From Bacteroides sp. (GTDB lineage: Bacteria; Bacteroidota; Bacteroidia; Bacteroidales; Muribaculaceae): a stretch of DNA of 64,000 nucleotides. The DNA lies in the NCBI GenBank assembly GCA_014802045.1, contig JAAVDA010000021.1:30301-94300 (forward strand), read 5' to 3'. Numbering within the stretch: position 1 is the stretch's first letter; each line of letters opens with the position of its first letter. The position numbers were made by a program, and so were the translations under genes. This document shows, one piece after another, positions 58,801 to 64,000 of the stretch. The notes under the pieces are model-generated. The model was not told the origin of the DNA, did not search any database, and saw only the letters and a list, made by a program, of their open reading frames with translations.

Positions 58801-60143
58801 TTCGATTCATGAAATATGCCACATCTGCCTTGCTCGCAGTCTCAGCTGCGATGCTCGGCGGATGTTCAGCGGATCCCGAACCCACCACCGACGGCGAAGT
58901 AATCTTGAGGCTTCTTGTCGAGACCGGGTTCGAAAAGGCATCCCGTGCGCAGGATCCTAATTATTTTGAGGGTGCAAACGGCAATTTTGAAAAAATCAGT
59001 TCTCTCCGTGTCATTATTGTCAATGGTGTGGCCTCCGGCAATCCTCTCGGAGAGGTTGAGGCAAACAGAGTGGTCGATACAGACGAAGAAGGACATCCTA
59101 TCAACGACAAGATGGAGTTTAAGGTCAAATCCGGCCGTAAGCGCATCTATCTTATTGCCAACGAAGCATCATTGCCCGCCCCCACGATAAGAAACGAAGA
59201 AGGCTTTGAGGAAAGACCATTTGAAACCGCCACTCAGTTTCTCAACTCCTTCCGCGACGGATTTGATTTCGATGCACGGATTTTCACACAGTGGACTGTC
59301 GAACTCCCCGGTTCACAGCCAAACGCCACAACCAATCTCTATTCCAACATAAGAGACCTCGACGGTCGCCCCATCTATCTCCCTCTCACTGAATATTTCG
59401 ATATAGTGGTGGAAGCGCTTAAGAGTGATGGCGTGGCCAAAAATGCCGGTAGCCGGGCTGACGAGAGCGAAGCAACCACTGTCACAGACATTGAGACCCA
59501 ATATGTGCATCTCTTTCTCACCCGTGCGGCAGCCAAAGCCACCTATCATGTGACAGTGGCTCCGGACTACACCGGCATAATGGGAAATATAACCGGCATC
59601 CGTCTCAGCGGCCTCAACTGGGCTCAATATGTTTTCCCCAGATCCACAACTTATTCTCCCGCAAAGGAAGCCAAGATCTCTTTTGATATTCCAATTCAGG
59701 CAGGAGTGGCCACAGACCGTTATATCACATCTTTCGCCACTCCCGAGCGCGTGAATGATGTGACAGGAGCGAGCCTCGCCATGCAGCTCACGGGAGGCCG
59801 AAGCATCCCGCTCTCAACCTCAACCGATGCCACCACGCTTCCGATGTATTTCCCCGAATCGCTCTTCCCGCTTTCGGCAAGCGCTTCAGACCAGTTTACC
59901 GTCTCTGTTCAGATCAGCGATGGCAACTGGCTCACAGCCAAACCGCTTGAAGATAATATACTCCAGGTCACAAAACCGATGGACGACAACCCTTCGCAGA
60001 CCTATACCCGTAATGCGATAGCACGCAACACTCATTTGCTCATCAATATCAACTTTACAGGTCAGGAAATCACCTGGAGAGCGGTCGAAGCCCCCTACAA
60101 CAGTGTCTCTCTTAATCCTGAGTTTGGTTTCAAAGATAAATGA
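58797..60143 (+). CDS. Type V pilus ancillary pilin lipoprotein
   Basis: LGGC lipobox, ASR|A site, LTRAAAKAT, IARNTHLLINI, PYNSVSLNPEFG. Confidence 0.8.
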   Translation: MIRFMKYATSALLAVSAAMLGGCSADPEPTTDGEVILRLLVETGFEKASRAQDPNYFEGANGNFEKISSLRVIIVNGVASGNPLGEVEANRVVDTDEEGHPINDKMEFKVKSGRKRIYLIANEASLPAPTIRNEEGFEERPFETATQFLNSFRDGFDFDARIFTQWTVELPGSQPNATTNLYSNIRDLDGRPIYLPLTEYFDIVVEALKSDGVAKNAGSRADESEATTVTDIETQYVHLFLTRAAAKATYHVTVAPDYTGIMGNITGIRLSGLNWAQYVFPRSTTYSPAKEAKISFDIPIQAGVATDRYITSFATPERVNDVTGASLAMQLTGGRSIPLSTSTDATTLPMYFPESLFPLSASASDQFTVSVQISDGNWLTAKPLEDNILQVTKPMDDNPSQTYTRNAIARNTHLLININFTGQEITWRAVEAPYNSVSLNPEFGFKDK

Positions 60144-60189
60144 ATAGGATTAAATATAAATTAGAACTCGATTATTCCCTACCAAAATA

Positions 60190-63100
60190 ATGAAGAGGAT
60201 TATATCATACATTGCGTCAGCTCTTCTGCTTCTGGCCAACGTGTCGTGCACAGACGATAAGCTCTATGACGACACCGTTATAGGCGAGGGCGAAGCAGTA
60301 CTGTCGGCAGAGGTTCTGTTCAAGAACTTCACTCCGGCTCTTGCTCAGGATTCTCGTACCATTGGCACAGCTCTTGACGGCATCGAAAATCTCTACCTGT
60401 TCGTTTACAGCGAGAGCGGAAAGCAGCTGCTCCACTCCACATCTTTTAAGACGGGAGCCGGTCTGACTGTGACAAAAGACAATACAACTACTCCTTCCGA
60501 CGGTTCATACGACCCAAAGGCTGATACTCCCACAGAGAGAGCTACATTTGATTATAAGATTCCCTATGGCAAATATAAGATTTATGCAGTGGCCAATGTG
60601 GGAGATAAATATGTAGATGCTTTCGCGTCTGAAAAAGTGTCTACAGAAGACGACCTTAAGAAAGTGAAATTCGAGTGGGATGCCAACGATATAGCCGCAA
60701 ACGCCCAGATGTTTGGCTTTTTCACTACCGAGCCACTTTCGCAATCGAAAGCAGGTGGATTCAATGCACCCGTGGTCACAATCAATCAGACCGGAGTCAC
60801 CCTCAGAGCATGGATGCGACGCCTCGCCTCTAAAGTCACTGTAGCCTACAATGCGTCAGGGCTTTACAACGGAGTGTGGATATACATAAAGAATGTCACT
60901 GTCCACGATATCGCCAAAGAGTGTTTCCTCGGGCAGTCGAATGATCCACAGTCGGCTGATGCAGTGCTCAATAGGCGCACGGGGCAATACAATATGCCCG
61001 GTGTAACCTATACCCCTTCATCTCCCAACACGCGAATCACATACGACGTCTCTCCATCCTCACATATCTATGATAAGACTCAGACCGGTCTTGAGCTTTA
61101 CAACGGTCTCGTTTTGCCAGACGGTAAGCCGGATATTCTTGGTTCTGATCATTCTGCCTCGGCTGATGCTCTGTTCTTCTATGAAAATATGAAAGGTATA
61201 AAGGAAGGATACGACTACAGCAAACGTCCGCAGCGCGAAGGTAAAGATCAGGTTGGCGAGAATGTGCGTGAGCCTATCAACGGCAACGACTATCAGGATC
61301 GTGTGCCTTACGGCACATATATTGAAGTAGAGGGATATTATGTGTCTATTAATCCTGAAAATCCCGGAGAAGGCCCTATCAAATATCGCTTTATGTTGGG
61401 CAAAGACGTAGATTTTGACTATAATGTGGAGCGTAACTATCATTATAAGCTTACTCTCGGATTTTTGGGATGGGCTAACCAACCCGACTGGCATATTGAC
61501 TTCGACAATACGCCTCCCATGCTTGAGGTTCCGCCGGTCTACCGTGTCTCTTACCTCTATCAGCAGCGCTCGTCACTCCCCGTAAAGGTGTCTGAAAACT
61601 GCACCCATCTCCGGGTCGATATCATAGAGAACAACTGGGCTCCCAGCGACCCTAACACCTTTGCTTTCCCCACAGACCCCGTTACTTCTACTCCAACCGA
61701 ATATCAATTCCAATGGAATAGAGCAGCTTTTGATAACTATTACCGTAAAATTGAGACTGTAAAGGATGAAGATGGAGAAACCGTCACCTACAATGCCGAA
61801 AAGCCTTATCTCGGATTTCTTGCGCTTAATCTGCCTGTGGCAAACAGCACCGCAGAGCTTCCGGTCACCATTCCTGTGAAGGGTCAAGTTGGTAACATTA
61901 CAAACTATTATAGCTTCAAGGATGGAGTAAGTGGTCAGAATGCGCTTAAAGATTTCTACGAAGAATCACGCGGTCAAGGAAGTCAGGCATATTCAGAATA
62001 TAATAAGGCAGATTTGGCCGTCGGCGGAGATGACATGCACCCGAGTGATTGTCCCCTTAATGCCTATTCCGTAGTGAAGGTTGACGACAATACGGATAGA
62101 GGTGATAAGATTGTGATGGTCAATATGTGGACAAGAGCAAAATCAATGATTGAGGGCTCTGGCTTTTCCGGCAATAACCCCTATGAGTACTTTGTGAGAA
62201 AAGCTACTCTGAAAGTCACCGCCACATTTGATATGGATGGTGAGCCTCCCATTACTAAGACAAAGTATATCACCGTTCTTCAAGAGCCCCGAATCGTGAA
62301 TCCTAAGGCTGTATGGCGCAAAAGCGGAAGTACTGCCGGTCCATTTCATGTCCGTCTGATGACTACTGATAATAGTAACCAGAAATCAAACTATACACCA
62401 TTGACTTCAGATGGCGAATGGACCGCTTCTGTAGAAATGGGTTCGAATATATCTCTATCTGTCTCAAACGAAGCCATAAGTGAAGAGAGAGAAGGAGTAA
62501 TCTATGGTAAGACCGGCAGAAATGTAGAGTTCAATATTAATTTCAAAGGCGACGGATGTGCAATTGTCAATGTGCTGTACCATAACAATAATTGCACTCA
62601 TAAAATCCTTGTGCGTCAAGGCTATGACGCACCGCAACTCTTGGGAGGAAAATATTGGAGCAATTTCACACTTCAGTCTGCCACAGCAGTTGCCGGACAA
62701 ACGAATGTTTATGATGCTGTAGAAACAGAAAGTCCATTCTATCTTGGGTCACTCTATCGAAGAGGTAGAATAACAAAAGGGATTCTTGAAATAAATAATT
62801 CTCGACCTTATATGGGACCACTTGAATCACCGTCTAATCATCAATATTATCTCTCGGATGGTACTATGGCGTCATGGATTGGGTTAGGATGTGAAAACAA
62901 TAATACAGATCCGGCTCCTATGGGCACATTCAGAATCAAGAATGAAAACTGGAAAGTCCCTGAGTTAGCAGACTTTAATCAGTTGAAGGCAAATTGTGAG
63001 TTTGCTTACGGAGTGATTTATGGAGAAGCCACTGAAACCTCAGAAGAATTTGAGATTGCAACAGGCTATTCCATAGAGCGCCAAGATAACACTGGCTATG

Positions 63101-63519
63101 GTGTGCGTGGCGTAATTGCTTACGATGCTAAAAATGAAACTGCCGGCCAGGTGCTCTTCTCTGCTGGAAAAGACGGATTTGGCCGTCGAAAAAATGCAGG
63201 CGACGTTGGTACCTCGAATAATGATCCAAAAAGAGGTATGCTAATCTATTCAGACGTTGATTTTCTTCTCACTGGCTCTGCTCCAAATTCAGATGGTGGA
63301 GGGAATGTATTCAGGCCTGTGCCATATAATCTTAAGATTGCTCCTGGTGCAGTTTTCTGGTTGAATAACCGTGTTGCAGATGGTTTCTTGGGCAACGTCG
63401 ACCCTGGACCGACCATGAGTTGGGACGTAAACTACTTCAATTACGATTTCAATTCATTTGATAATGGAGGTAATTTAAATTATCGTGATGCCAATGTCAT
63501 TAAATTGATAAAGCAATAA
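60190..63519 (+). CDS. Large type V pilus tip pilin/adhesin (DUF4906-like) with a C-terminal lectin-like domain
   Basis: NVSC lipobox, IYAVAN, RRLASKVTV, FFYENMKG, YNVERNYHYKLTL; last gene of the locus. Confidence 0.8.
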   Translation: MKRIISYIASALLLLANVSCTDDKLYDDTVIGEGEAVLSAEVLFKNFTPALAQDSRTIGTALDGIENLYLFVYSESGKQLLHSTSFKTGAGLTVTKDNTTTPSDGSYDPKADTPTERATFDYKIPYGKYKIYAVANVGDKYVDAFASEKVSTEDDLKKVKFEWDANDIAANAQMFGFFTTEPLSQSKAGGFNAPVVTINQTGVTLRAWMRRLASKVTVAYNASGLYNGVWIYIKNVTVHDIAKECFLGQSNDPQSADAVLNRRTGQYNMPGVTYTPSSPNTRITYDVSPSSHIYDKTQTGLELYNGLVLPDGKPDILGSDHSASADALFFYENMKGIKEGYDYSKRPQREGKDQVGENVREPINGNDYQDRVPYGTYIEVEGYYVSINPENPGEGPIKYRFMLGKDVDFDYNVERNYHYKLTLGFLGWANQPDWHIDFDNTPPMLEVPPVYRVSYLYQQRSSLPVKVSENCTHLRVDIIENNWAPSDPNTFAFPTDPVTSTPTEYQFQWNRAAFDNYYRKIETVKDEDGETVTYNAEKPYLGFLALNLPVANSTAELPVTIPVKGQVGNITNYYSFKDGVSGQNALKDFYEESRGQGSQAYSEYNKADLAVGGDDMHPSDCPLNAYSVVKVDDNTDRGDKIVMVNMWTRAKSMIEGSGFSGNNPYEYFVRKATLKVTATFDMDGEPPITKTKYITVLQEPRIVNPKAVWRKSGSTAGPFHVRLMTTDNSNQKSNYTPLTSDGEWTASVEMGSNISLSVSNEAISEEREGVIYGKTGRNVEFNINFKGDGCAIVNVLYHNNNCTHKILVRQGYDAPQLLGGKYWSNFTLQSATAVAGQTNVYDAVETESPFYLGSLYRRGRITKGILEINNSRPYMGPLESPSNHQYYLSDGTMASWIGLGCENNNTDPAPMGTFRIKNENWKVPELADFNQLKANCEFAYGVIYGEATETSEEFEIATGYSIERQDNTGYGVRGVIAYDAKNETAGQVLFSAGKDGFGRRKNAGDVGTSNNDPKRGMLIYSDVDFLLTGSAPNSDGGGNVFRPVPYNLKIAPGAVFWLNNRVADGFLGNVDPGPTMSWDVNYFNYDFNSFDNGGNLNYRDANVIKLIKQ

Positions 63520-63540
63520 AATCTATAGACTCAGTATCAG

Positions 63541-63568
63541 GCGGGCGCGGCAATTTTGCCGCGCCCGC
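63541..63568 (+). terminator. GC-rich hairpin after the pilus locus
   Basis: GCGGGCGCGGCAA-TT-TTGCCGCGCCCGC. Confidence 0.6.
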
Positions 63569-63753
63569 TCCGTCTTTCCCCTCCCCGCGGCATGCCCATC
63601 GGCCGCCGCCCGCCCCCCGCCCCAGCGTGACCGCAGGGGGTTAACACGAGGTTCCGGCCTCCGGCCGGATTCCTCCCCGCCGCCGTGTTGTGTATGTGGT
63701 GTCGGTGTTGCGTATCGGCCGGCGGCCGATTCCGGTGTCACCCCCGGGGATGT

Positions 63754-63977
63754 GGCGCCAAAGGCGCATCATAAGCCAGCCTCGGGTGAGGAAGCCGCAG
63801 GCGCCCGTAACCCGGGGGAGATGTACGCCCATGAACACGACCCCGGCGGGGTCGGATATCGGTTGATATGCGACCTCCTTCGGGGTCGGCAATGTATTAT
63901 TCATCTTTTCTGCCGGTTACGTCAGGCCTCCGGCCTCTCCTCACCGGCAGCTGGCCTCTTTCGGCCGCATCGCGGCC
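63754..63977. repeat. REP/REPIN-like long imperfect inverted repeat (copy 3)
   Basis: GGGTGAGG...CGTAACCCGG mirrored by CCGGTTACG...CCTCACCGG; inner CGACCCCGGCGGGGTCG and CGACCTCCTTCGGGGTCG. Confidence 0.72.
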
Positions 63978-64000
63978 GCCCCCCGTCCTCGTTGGTGACG

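Noticed and set aside
63523-63904. Short minus-strand ORFs at the right end
   Set aside because: GC-rich repeat and hairpin DNA; the translations are low-complexity.
1-64000. CRISPR array or DGR
   Set aside because: No regularly spaced repeats, cas genes, reverse transcriptase or TR/VR pair were seen.

Overview
Chromosomal window from a Bacteroidales bacterium, possibly Muribaculaceae-like (inferred from TAnnTTTG promoters, SusC/SusD, type V pilus genes and moderately high GC). From left to right: (1) a six-gene minus-strand accessory operon downstream of the 3' end of tRNA-Tyr, made of two proteins sharing a ~60-aa module, a PD-(D/E)XK nuclease, a small basic repeat protein, TerB and a membrane-anchored OmpA_C protein, preceded by an XRE regulator; this is the best candidate for an undescribed defence/stress system and may continue past the left edge; (2) fdtA/fdtB-like sugar genes, ompA, riboflavin synthase and an orphan holin-like gene; (3) a MacAB-TolC-type ABC locus with six permeases in three A/B pairs, behind sigma54-like promoters and a perfect 28-bp palindrome; (4) rimP-nusA-infB-folK, an NtrC-type two-component pair, folA-thyA and a 4Fe-4S protein; (5) SusC-SusD, GH92 and fucI-A-K-P; (6) rpsU, an FNT channel, fbaA, crcB, an esterase, SusR-like and Crp regulators, and a symporter; (7) a type V (Mfa/Fim) pilus locus. 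Three ~230-bp REPIN-like inverted-repeat elements and several G8-9 tracts near promoters are also present. No CRISPR array, integrase, transposase or reverse transcriptase was seen. All family assignments come from recognising motifs by eye, not from database searches.
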